A DNA stretch of 64,000 bases, taken from IMG/VR virus record IMGVR_UViG_3300028802_000008, positions 1 through 64,000 of that record; one strand, 5' to 3'. The notes beneath the pieces were generated by a model. That model had not been told where the DNA came from, made no database searches, and saw nothing but the letters and a program-made list of their open reading frames with translations. How positions within the stretch are numbered: the stretch's first letter is position 1; every line of letters starts with the position of its first letter. Shown here one piece after another: positions 8,856 through 16,622 of this stretch. This stretch comes from a virus. The translations under genes and the position numbers were made by a program.

Positions 8856-9812
8856 ATGTCTATCGACACCAAGCTGGCTCAGGCACTTACCGTGCTTGAG
8901 CCGACGGCAGAGGCCATCTTGAAGAACCGTGGAACAGACTTCACGGATCAAGATATCGTCCCCTTCCAGCCGCTCCTGGACTTCCCGATGAGGAAAGTTC
9001 TGGCGTCTTATGAGGGAACGAATTCGTTCTTGATGGACCTCCGTCGTAAGCCGAATTGGACGAACCGCCAAGCTCGTGCAGTGGCAAACATCATGCGCCG
9101 TGAACTTCGGGGTGAGAACAGCAAGTTCGGGACAAACCCGAACAATCCCGTGGCACCGCGCAACTACACTTGCTACTACTGCAACGAAGTGCTCGTTGGG
9201 CTTGACGCCCTGTACGATCACCAAGCGGCGGTCCACCAGAAGGGCAAGCGCTACAGGGGTGAGCAAGTCGGGTCGAACGGCCCGGTTGAAACCACTCACT
9301 TCGGTGCTCCGACTGGGCCGATGGTTCCCGTTCTTCCGGATTACAAGCCGGAACTGAACATCGACTTGCGTACCTTCCTTCCCGGACGGTTCGCGATCGA
9401 AGACAAGACGGGAACCTTGAGGTTCTTCATCATCACCGAATTGAAGCGGCGGACGCGCCTTTGGGGCAAGTTCGTCTGGACGAAGTACGCATACGCCAAC
9501 GAGTACCTTGAGAAAGGTGATCGTACCGTGCGCGAACAAGCCGGTGATACGAAGAAGTTCATCGGCAAGCAGCGGATCAACCAGCCGGTCTACTTTGGCG
9601 AGGAAGAAGCCCTCATCAAAATGATCGCCGACAATCCTACCGAAGCGATGATTCGCTACGGCAAGGAACTTCATCGTTGCGGCTACTGCGGTAAGTCCCT
9701 GACAGACGAACTATCAAGGGAACGCGGTATCGGGCCGGATTGCTGGGAAAACAAGCACATCCCGCAGTTGATCCGCTTGGGCGTTGCTGCTGCCAAAGCA
9801 GCGACGCCGTGA
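8856..9812 (+). CDS. DUF6011-like Zn-finger protein
   Basis: C-terminal CGYCGKSLTDELSRERGIGPDC; internal C2H2-like CYYC...H...H. Confidence 0.75.
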   Translation: MSIDTKLAQALTVLEPTAEAILKNRGTDFTDQDIVPFQPLLDFPMRKVLASYEGTNSFLMDLRRKPNWTNRQARAVANIMRRELRGENSKFGTNPNNPVAPRNYTCYYCNEVLVGLDALYDHQAAVHQKGKRYRGEQVGSNGPVETTHFGAPTGPMVPVLPDYKPELNIDLRTFLPGRFAIEDKTGTLRFFIITELKRRTRLWGKFVWTKYAYANEYLEKGDRTVREQAGDTKKFIGKQRINQPVYFGEEEALIKMIADNPTEAMIRYGKELHRCGYCGKSLTDELSRERGIGPDCWENKHIPQLIRLGVAAAKAATP

Positions 9813-9985
9813 ACGGCGCAAGGATGATCGGTTGTGAAGTCCACGACCGAAAGAAAAACACAGCGACAGCCAAGCATGTCAACGACAGGCTAAGGCGTCG
9901 GAGCAAGCGAATCGAGAAGGAAAGCATCCACAAGTCCGTCAAGGACGGGTCGCTGCTTTACTCCTCGCTTCACAAGATGGCTTGA
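9809..9985 (+). CDS. Small basic hypothetical protein
   Basis: GTGA overlap with the upstream stop; start uncertain. Confidence 0.4.
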   Translation: MNGARMIGCEVHDRKKNTATAKHVNDRLRRRSKRIEKESIHKSVKDGSLLYSSLHKMA

Positions 9986-10095
9986 ACATTGCGGATCGGG
10001 GAAAAACCCATAAGGCGCGACGCTGTCGAGCCTGGGTTTTTCCCCCTTCCGGAGTATCCAAGCTCCACACCGACAATCAACCAAGGAGACAAACC

Positions 10096-10941
10096 ATGAG
10101 CACCAACTTCATTGCGGACGCCCCAGAACCTTCGCGTTCGACGGGCACAATCACCCTTTCTTGGGGATTGCTGAACATTCCGCTTTCGATCTATACCGGA
10201 ACGGAAGAGACGAATGTCAGCCGCAAAGAGTTTGTAGACGGCGACGTTGAAAGGCCCGCGGGTCGAGCAGTGATTGACAAGATCTCGCAAGAGATCATCG
10301 ACTCTTCCCGCGTGGTTCGGATGGCTGAGGCAAGCAACGGAACGTTCGTCGTCCTTACGGATGATGAGCAGGCTGCTTGCACAGGCGTTCGGAACGTTGC
10401 CGAAGTTGTGACTTTCATCGACAACCGTGACATCTTCAACTACATGCCGAACAAGCTGATGCAGGTACGGCCGAAGCGAGACAAGGGAATTCCGAATCCT
10501 GCTGGGGCCAAGGCGTTCTCGCTTCTCATCTCTGCGATGGCAAGCCAGAGCGTCACGGCGCTGGTCAAGGTCGCACTTCGCGGCCCTGCTCAGTACGCGC
10601 TTCTAACGGCGACGGGCGATCTCTTGTTCGTCCATTCGTCCGACGGAGTACGCAAGCCACTTGCGATGGGCTTGACGGCAGTGACTCCTCAAGAGCAGGA
10701 TATGGCAAGGAACTTGATCAGTGCCATCGGCATTGCCCAAGCTCCCCATATTCCAGACGTGACGGCGCAAGCGATCGGACAGTACGTCGATCAGAAGGCA
10801 GGCGGAAACACGCCAGCCATGCAAGCAGCGCCGCCCGCGACCAACGGGACGGACTTGATGGATGAACTGATGAAGTCAATCGAAGCCAAGAAGAACGCTC
10901 CCAAGTGGGGCGCTCCGAGTGGGCTTCCGGTAAACGTATGA
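10096..10941 (+). CDS. ku: Ku-like DNA end-binding protein
   Basis: N-terminal RSTGTITLSWGLLNIPLSIY and C-terminal DLMDELMKSI resemble prokaryotic Ku; AAGGAG RBS. Confidence 0.8.
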   Translation: MSTNFIADAPEPSRSTGTITLSWGLLNIPLSIYTGTEETNVSRKEFVDGDVERPAGRAVIDKISQEIIDSSRVVRMAEASNGTFVVLTDDEQAACTGVRNVAEVVTFIDNRDIFNYMPNKLMQVRPKRDKGIPNPAGAKAFSLLISAMASQSVTALVKVALRGPAQYALLTATGDLLFVHSSDGVRKPLAMGLTAVTPQEQDMARNLISAIGIAQAPHIPDVTAQAIGQYVDQKAGGNTPAMQAAPPATNGTDLMDELMKSIEAKKNAPKWGAPSGLPVNV

Positions 10942-11216
10942 GGCGTCGTAAGCGAGAGCCGAAGGAACCTCCGGTTCTCAACCTTACGGAGTTGCCTGAC
11001 GACGAGCCACAGAAGTACACAAGGGTCGGCATGACACCGAACATCTTCGATCTGGAAGAAGCACTCAAGCTTCTCAAGAGCGATCATCCGTTCGATGTTC
11101 GGCTGACCCGAAGTCAACTGAAGTGGCTGATGAAAACCTGCGAGAAGGATTTCGATATCAAGTTTCGACATCCTTATCCGGGTGGTGACGTGAAAGAGAG
11201 CGTTGCACCCTGGTAA
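10938..11216 (+). CDS. Hypothetical protein, 92 aa
   Basis: ATGA overlap with ku. Confidence 0.6.
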   Translation: MRRRKREPKEPPVLNLTELPDDEPQKYTRVGMTPNIFDLEEALKLLKSDHPFDVRLTRSQLKWLMKTCEKDFDIKFRHPYPGGDVKESVAPW

Positions 11217-11311
11217 GTAGGACGTAGCGCGAAGGCTGGAAGGGTGCGATCCTTCCAGCCCCGCACGGTACATCCTAAGTACCATCCGACAATCAAACAG
11301 GGAGATACACC

Positions 11312-11512
11312 ATGAGCAAGCGAATCACGGTTTCGCGTGATATCGAGACGACGACCAAAGAGGTCGTCACCATCGAAGTCCCGGACGACTTCCCCTTCCT
11401 GGGGAATCCGTACTTGGACGAAGAGTTCGATCCCTTCAACTACAAGGTGATCGAGGAGCGCGAACAGATCGAAGAGACTCACGAGTGGGGCTCTTGGGAG
11501 ATCGCGTCATGA
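11312..11512 (+). CDS. Acidic hypothetical protein, 66 aa
   Basis: AGGGAG RBS and hairpin leader. Confidence 0.7.
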   Translation: MSKRITVSRDIETTTKEVVTIEVPDDFPFLGNPYLDEEFDPFNYKVIEEREQIEETHEWGSWEIAS

Positions 11513-11742
11513 CTAGCTTGGAACTGACCCGAGGCAAGCTCGACAAGAGTATCCCGCACGCTTATCTGTTCCTTCCGCTCGTGCAGGAAGGCACGGGCAA
11601 GGAGGGACTGATCACGCCAAGAGCACCATTGACAGTCATCGTTGGCCCCCGAAGCGCGACACGCAAGTCGCAACTCAAGGAGGTCGCCTTCGGCAGCATT
11701 GACGAAATCCTGGAAGCGGGATGGAGGTTTGACGAAGCATGA
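11509..11742 (+). CDS. Hypothetical protein, 77 aa
   Basis: ATGA overlap. Confidence 0.65.
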   Translation: MTSLELTRGKLDKSIPHAYLFLPLVQEGTGKEGLITPRAPLTVIVGPRSATRKSQLKEVAFGSIDEILEAGWRFDEA

Positions 11743-11834
11743 TCTGGGGGTACTTGGGTGCCGTTGGCTTCATCATGTTTGTGGGCATCGTCTGCTTCAT
11801 GATCGGCTACGAAATGGGACGACGCCATTGGTAA
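11739..11834 (+). CDS. Small membrane peptide, 31 aa
   Basis: ATGA overlap; one hydrophobic helix. Confidence 0.45.
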   Translation: MIWGYLGAVGFIMFVGIVCFMIGYEMGRRHW

Positions 11835-11840
11835 GCGGAT

Positions 11841-11878
11841 AAGCCCGCCCTCCTTCGGGAAGGCGGGCTTTCGCTTTG
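11841..11878 (+). terminator. Intrinsic terminator closing the early block
   Basis: AAGCCCGCC...GGCGGGCTT followed by TCGCTTTG. Confidence 0.75.
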
Positions 11879-11889
11879 TCGTTTATTCT

Positions 11890-11942
11890 CTTATAAACAC
11901 CTTGCTTTGCACTTATAAACCCTTTCCTTTGCACTTATAAAC
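11890..11942 (+). repeat. AT-rich 22-bp-period repeats (CTTATAAAC x3)
   Basis: CTTATAAAC at 11890, 11912 and 11934, with CTTTGCA before copies 2 and 3. Confidence 0.85.
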
Positions 11943-11976
11943 GCTTTCACGCGCCCAAGGAGTACGGTAGGAGAAT

Positions 11977-12038
11977 GCTTATGAAGAGAAGTGCTGTTGA
12001 GCTTGGGATTTATGTAGGGCGTTCTGATGAGCCTGAAA
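11977..12038 (+). promoter_or_regulatory. Two adjacent copies of the bipartite motif
   Basis: GCTTAT-N15-TGAGCTTGG at 11977; ATTTAT-N14-TGAGCCTGAAA at 12008. Confidence 0.65.
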
Positions 12039-12039
12039 T

Positions 12040-12333
12040 ATGAAGCAATTATGGGACAACATCCAAAACAATCCTGCCTTCATGCAGAAGGTGAACGGAT
12101 GGTTGACAGTCTTCTGGATCGTGATGGTCCCGGTCTCGATCGCGACCGGCTGGGTCACCAGCGTCGCTTACGTTTCGGCTCTGTCTCTCTGGGCGCTCGT
12201 GACGGGACATTTATCGGCCTGGCAAGCAGCCAGAGTGGAGACACATCAGGACGAGGACAATGACGTAGCGGAAGTAATGGAGGCCATCCGTCGACTCGAC
12301 GCACGGCTTTGCGAGAAGATCGAAGAATCATGA
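12040..12333 (+). CDS. Membrane protein, 97 aa
   Basis: Two hydrophobic segments. Confidence 0.7.
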   Translation: MKQLWDNIQNNPAFMQKVNGWLTVFWIVMVPVSIATGWVTSVAYVSALSLWALVTGHLSAWQAARVETHQDEDNDVAEVMEAIRRLDARLCEKIEES

Positions 12334-12355
12334 CCCATGCTACCGTGGAGGCTTG

Positions 12356-12787
12356 ATGGCTTACAAGCGTGGACATATGGCTTCCAATTCCAGGGCGTAC
12401 ACGAGAGTCGGAACGCACGACTTTCAAGTTGTGGTGGGAGCCAATCACGAAGATTCTTCCAGTCCTCCAAGCGAACACGACTATGGATGGAAACCGATTT
12501 GGCTCAGAGTGGGTCGTCCGGGAATGAAACAATCAACCTGGATCTCCCTTACAAGTATGACGGTCGAAGAATTGGAAGCAATGAAGACGGTCATCAACCT
12601 CGCCATCGATGATGCACTTGTCATCGCAAGTGATCTCGACCTCAAAGCCATTGAACTTATAAACGAAGGTGCAACCGAGATTCCTTTCCGTGCCTTCGCG
12701 TCATCACCACCTTTCTACGAGCGCCCCATTGACTTGAAATACGTCGACCAAGATCCGTACCAGGACGCTCTTATGAAGGAGGATTGA
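12356..12787 (+). CDS. Hypothetical protein
   Basis: GGAGG upstream; start uncertain. Confidence 0.65.
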   Translation: MAYKRGHMASNSRAYTRVGTHDFQVVVGANHEDSSSPPSEHDYGWKPIWLRVGRPGMKQSTWISLTSMTVEELEAMKTVINLAIDDALVIASDLDLKAIELINEGATEIPFRAFASSPPFYERPIDLKYVDQDPYQDALMKED

Positions 12788-12921
12788 TTTGAGCCTGAGT
12801 TTTTGCCTAACCTCTCGCACATAGAGAGGAGGTGACAGGATCTACTCCTGAGGGTCACCGTCAGAGGTCTAGTCCACCATCGGATGCGGTGGCCCTCACT
12901 GAGTTTTTCTTGTCCCTGAGG

Positions 12922-12978
12922 TTGACACCCCTTCTGTAATCGTGTATGGTCTGTTCCTACCGACAACTGATTACAGAA
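12922..12978 (+). promoter_or_regulatory. SigA-type promoter with an overlapping inverted repeat
   Basis: TTGACA-N17-TATGGT (12922-12950); TTCTGTAATC (12932-12941) / GATTACAGAA (12969-12978). Confidence 0.65.
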
Positions 12979-12992
12979 TTGGAGACTCACTC

Positions 12993-13361
12993 ATGGTCGA
13001 ACAGACCACCCACACGAGGGACGCGATCGCGCTCATCCTCCAGATCACTGACGTGGATCAGCTTGATCAGATCCTCGCCGTCGCCACGGAGCGCAGGTTT
13101 GCGCTCTCCGGAGCACCGAACATACCGAAGCCACCCGCACGCATCGTGCTGAAGCAGTCCCCGGCCTGGGTAACGGCTGGAGATTGCGTCCGGGTCAACA
13201 GCCCGAAGAACTACAGCTTTCACGGGCTGGTCGGACGCGTCACCAAGACGACGAATCGCGGCCAACAGCCCAAGGTTCACATCCTGCTGGATGATGGCCA
13301 AAAGCGCACCGGCCTCATCCGCGTCCCGCTCCCTCTCCTGGAAGTGCTGGCACCGTTGTGA
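12993..13361 (+). CDS. Hypothetical protein with a KOW/SH3-like C-terminus
   Basis: GDCVRV...GLVGRVTK pattern; GGAG RBS. Confidence 0.65.
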   Translation: MVEQTTHTRDAIALILQITDVDQLDQILAVATERRFALSGAPNIPKPPARIVLKQSPAWVTAGDCVRVNSPKNYSFHGLVGRVTKTTNRGQQPKVHILLDDGQKRTGLIRVPLPLLEVLAPL

Positions 13362-13771
13362 ACAACACCGAACGCTTCCTCTCCGTCATCATGACGGGTG
13401 GCCGCTACATCGACATCTGTGAGGGTCTCGGTGGCTTCCACAACGATGCCTGGATGGAACTCATCCTTGGTCATGGCGACATCACCATGACGCCCGATGG
13501 CAAAGGCTGGGTGATCGATTGCCTGCCACATCAGTCCACGCACATCGACACCGGCATCAGCATCTTGCGTGTCATCCACTTCGACCAGGACTACGAGAAC
13601 TTCCTGTTCGCTCAGGTGTGGGATCGCCGCGACGAGCGCCCGACGTGGAAGTACGCCCTGTTCTACAACACCGGAGCCAACGAATGGGTGCCCGAGGTCA
13701 TCGCGGCCTGGGACGAACGCCCCAAGTTCGCAGTCGTGAGTGCGATCGTTGACGATTGGCCTGTGGCATGA
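13358..13771 (+). CDS. Hypothetical protein, 137 aa
   Basis: GTGA overlap. Confidence 0.7.
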   Translation: MNNTERFLSVIMTGGRYIDICEGLGGFHNDAWMELILGHGDITMTPDGKGWVIDCLPHQSTHIDTGISILRVIHFDQDYENFLFAQVWDRRDERPTWKYALFYNTGANEWVPEVIAAWDERPKFAVVSAIVDDWPVA

Positions 13772-13935
13772 CTGCCACTATAATTACAGGTGGCTCGGAC
13801 CCTCATGCAAATAAGCGCACCATGACATGTTCGCGGTGCGAACGGTCTGTACGACCAAGTCACAGCCGATGCTGTGCCGAATGTGCATGGGGGAGTCACT
13901 CCCATTGGTGCAACAAGCGACAGGAATCAAAATGA
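13768..13935 (+). CDS. Small Cys-rich protein, 55 aa
   Basis: ATGA overlaps at both ends; CSRC...CCAEC. Confidence 0.5.
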   Translation: MTATIITGGSDPHANKRTMTCSRCERSVRPSHSRCCAECAWGSHSHWCNKRQESK

Positions 13936-14765
13936 GTACCCCCGAAGAGTTCCAGAAGTATGTGTTGGATCGTGGCCGAAGCCACGCCACGGCCATGAAC
14001 TACGCGTCCGACCTCCGCAAGTTCCAAGGGTGGGTTTCCCAGGAAGGGGGTGGGGGGTCAAACTCATTTTCGGATGACGTTGAGGCGTTTATCAATGAGC
14101 TTCGGGGCAACCCTGAAGTTTCGGTGGCGTCGATCCTCCGCTACATGTCATCGTTGCGAAGCTATTGGCAGTACGCGTCGCGCACCGATCCGACGATCAC
14201 GCAACCGTTCGTGGACTACAAGGGACCGCGCACACACAAGCTGTCGTCGCACCCACTGCCCGGAATGATGGCTGACGTGGATGCGATGATCCGGTCGACC
14301 TACCGGCCGCACCACAAGATTCTGATCGCTCTGTGCGGGTACGCGGGCTGTCGCGTGACCGAAGCCCGCAGTATCACGCCCCGATCCTTGTTCCAGGATC
14401 ACCAGGGGAACTGGTGGCTGGGGATCCACGGCAAAGGCGGCACCTATCGGGAAGTTCCCGTCATGGACAAGCTGTTCGACCTGCTGGACGACGCGCCACC
14501 GACCGATCCCGATGAGCCTTATGTCAGGATCAACGATCGAGCGGCAAGAGCGGCCATCACGAACATTGGAGTGCGAGCACGAATCTCACGTCCGGTCGCC
14601 AGCCACGACCTCCGTCACACGTTCGGCTCCTGGGTCTACGGACAGACGAAGGATCTCCGCGTCACTCAGGAACTTCTGGGGCACGCGGACTCCCGAACCA
14701 CTCAGGGCTACACACACATCGACCAGGAAAGGAAGCGAGCGGCAATCATGGGGGCGTTGACGTGA
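13932..14765 (+). CDS. Tyrosine recombinase (XerC/D-like)
   Basis: Catalytic residues in GCRVTE, GKG, HDLRH, LLGH and TQGY; 277 aa, no obvious arm-binding domain. Confidence 0.92.
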   Translation: MSTPEEFQKYVLDRGRSHATAMNYASDLRKFQGWVSQEGGGGSNSFSDDVEAFINELRGNPEVSVASILRYMSSLRSYWQYASRTDPTITQPFVDYKGPRTHKLSSHPLPGMMADVDAMIRSTYRPHHKILIALCGYAGCRVTEARSITPRSLFQDHQGNWWLGIHGKGGTYREVPVMDKLFDLLDDAPPTDPDEPYVRINDRAARAAITNIGVRARISRPVASHDLRHTFGSWVYGQTKDLRVTQELLGHADSRTTQGYTHIDQERKRAAIMGALT

Positions 14766-14974
14766 CCCCCGAGATGCTGTTGCTTCAGAAGCACTTCCCA
14801 TTCCGCAAGAACGGTCACTTCCGACTGCCGTTCACCTACAAGGGTGATCAAGTAGCGAAAACTTTCATTCAGGCGCACCTGTGCAACACTTGCGCTGCAA
14901 TCGTCCCATCCACTGGGCTGGTCAAACATGCCAAATACCACGGGGGAGCCATCCCCCAGAAAGAAGGAAGATGA
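14762..14974 (+). CDS. Hypothetical protein with a CxxC...H motif
   Basis: GTGA overlap. Confidence 0.55.
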   Translation: MTPEMLLLQKHFPFRKNGHFRLPFTYKGDQVAKTFIQAHLCNTCAAIVPSTGLVKHAKYHGGAIPQKEGR

Positions 14975-15544
14975 ATGAGGAAACGTGCGGTTCGGACCGC
15001 GTTACGAAACGTCCTATTGATCGGAGTAGTAGGTATGGCTGCTGGATGCACGCCAGAAGAAATGAATGCCTGGCTCGCCTGGCACGATGCAGATCCCGAA
15101 TCCGCTATCGCCTGGATCGAGCGACCCGAGGTTGCCGAAGACCTCACTCTCGACGCCAACCAGGATGGGGAGTTAGTCCAAGCTGAGAGGCTGGCCCCGC
15201 CACCACCACCAGTTCCGACCGGTCTGAACGGACTTCCGTTTGCGTCCGGTGGCCTGAGTGACTGCGCCGAAATGATGTTCTACGCCAACCAAGTTGGTCT
15301 CCCCGGTCGCTTTGAGGGCATCGGCTGGAGAGAATCCAACTGTCGAAATGAAGATGGAGTTCACACGTCGTGCTGCTGGGGGTATTGGCAGCTTCACCGG
15401 ATGCACTTGCCGAAGCCCCAGTGTGACGCCTGGTCGGCATCGGACATCAACAGTGATGATCCCCTTGAAAAACAACGCCAAGCTTGTGTCGCCAAGGCAC
15501 TTTATGATGCGGCGGGATTGAGTCCTTGGAGCGCAACAACATGA
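14975..15544 (+). CDS. Lipoprotein with an SLT/lysozyme-like domain
   Basis: Lipobox-like MAAGC; WRESNC catalytic-Glu motif, GYWQL and C-terminal SPW. Confidence 0.7.
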   Translation: MRKRAVRTALRNVLLIGVVGMAAGCTPEEMNAWLAWHDADPESAIAWIERPEVAEDLTLDANQDGELVQAERLAPPPPPVPTGLNGLPFASGGLSDCAEMMFYANQVGLPGRFEGIGWRESNCRNEDGVHTSCCWGYWQLHRMHLPKPQCDAWSASDINSDDPLEKQRQACVAKALYDAAGLSPWSATT

Positions 15545-15978
15545 CACCTTGCCGTGAATACCAGGGCACCATCAGCAGCGCGGGGTATGGGGTTCGACAT
15601 GGTGAAGCCGCCAAAAGATTCCAAACGGCCTACGTCCATCGACAGATCATGATCATGGCTGGTCACAACATCGAAGGGAAGGAGGTCATGCACATCTGTG
15701 ACAATCCTCGTTGCTTCCGGTACGACCATCTCCGGGTGGGAACTCACGCTGAGAACATGGCTGATATGAAAGCGAAGGGGAGATACAAGGACAGGTCTCA
15801 AGGGAAGTTGACTCCCATCCCTCACGGGACCAACGCTGGGTATGCCCGTCATCAACATCGAGGCGAGATACCTTGTGATCAATGCAAAAAGGCGCGTCAG
15901 GAGTACGACCGTGAACGTCGTGTCGCAAAAGCACTTTATGATGCGGCGGGGATGTCGCCCTGGAGTGCGACCTCATAG
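15541..15978 (+). CDS. HNH homing-type endonuclease
   Basis: YVHR...VMHICDNPRCFRYDHLRVGTHAENMADM. Confidence 0.9.
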   Translation: MTPCREYQGTISSAGYGVRHGEAAKRFQTAYVHRQIMIMAGHNIEGKEVMHICDNPRCFRYDHLRVGTHAENMADMKAKGRYKDRSQGKLTPIPHGTNAGYARHQHRGEIPCDQCKKARQEYDRERRVAKALYDAAGMSPWSATS

Positions 15979-15992
15979 AACAGGAGGCAATC

Positions 15993-16622
15993 ATGACCGC
16001 CAAGGTCTCAGCCAAGATTTGGGTCTGCAAATACGGATGTCCTTACGTCTACAGATCGACCATTCCGATCTCGGCGAACGCTCACTTCTGCCCGAAACGC
16101 AAGGGGGAACATGTGGAGTCGATTCCGCAGAAAGAAGTTCCCGAAATTGCTTGTGTTTCGGACGATGACCCTGTACCTTCACTAACACCACAAGCACCAA
16201 CGTCCAAGGAGGACACAGATATGGCAACAACCCGAGCCGAACCCAAGGAATCGGCCACGAAGCCCAAGCTCAAGGCAGTGCCCAAGGAGGCAACTGTCGA
16301 GAAGAAGGGTCGTCGTTCGATGGGTGGTCGCGGTTGGCTCGCTACGAAGGTCGAAGCGTACCTTCGTACACGCCCGACCGAGACCGTCTCGGTCGGCGAG
16401 ATCGTGAAGTCGATCAAGAACGTCGAAGGCGAGCATCCGTCAACGGGAGCCGTCGCCGCAGTCATCCTCCGATGGGGTGAGGCGGGATACATCAAGGTCA
16501 AGAATGAGCGTCCGCTCTCGTTCAATGGGTACACGGCCAAGTGGAAGGAATCCAGCTTGGATGCGTTCCTGGAGTTTGAGAAGACGAGGCGCGCCAAGGC
16601 CAAGGCGGCTGCGAAGGCTTGA
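15993..16622 (+). CDS. Basic, probably DNA-binding protein; second in-frame start at 16221
   Basis: AGGAGG RBS at both starts; winged-helix-like C-terminal half (inferred). Confidence 0.7.
   Translation: MTAKVSAKIWVCKYGCPYVYRSTIPISANAHFCPKRKGEHVESIPQKEVPEIACVSDDDPVPSLTPQAPTSKEDTDMATTRAEPKESATKPKLKAVPKEATVEKKGRRSMGGRGWLATKVEAYLRTRPTETVSVGEIVKSIKNVEGEHPSTGAVAAVILRWGEAGYIKVKNERPLSFNGYTAKWKESSLDAFLEFEKTRRAKAKAAAKA

Noticed and set aside
3012-11311. Early hairpins as integron attC sites or simple terminators
   Set aside because: No consistent RYYYAAC/GTTRRRY ends and no U-tracts; kept only as an unexplained leader architecture.
15486-15978. Duplicated segment as a DGR template/variable repeat pair
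   Set aside because: The differences are mostly synonymous and not adenine-specific, and there is no reverse transcriptase in the window.
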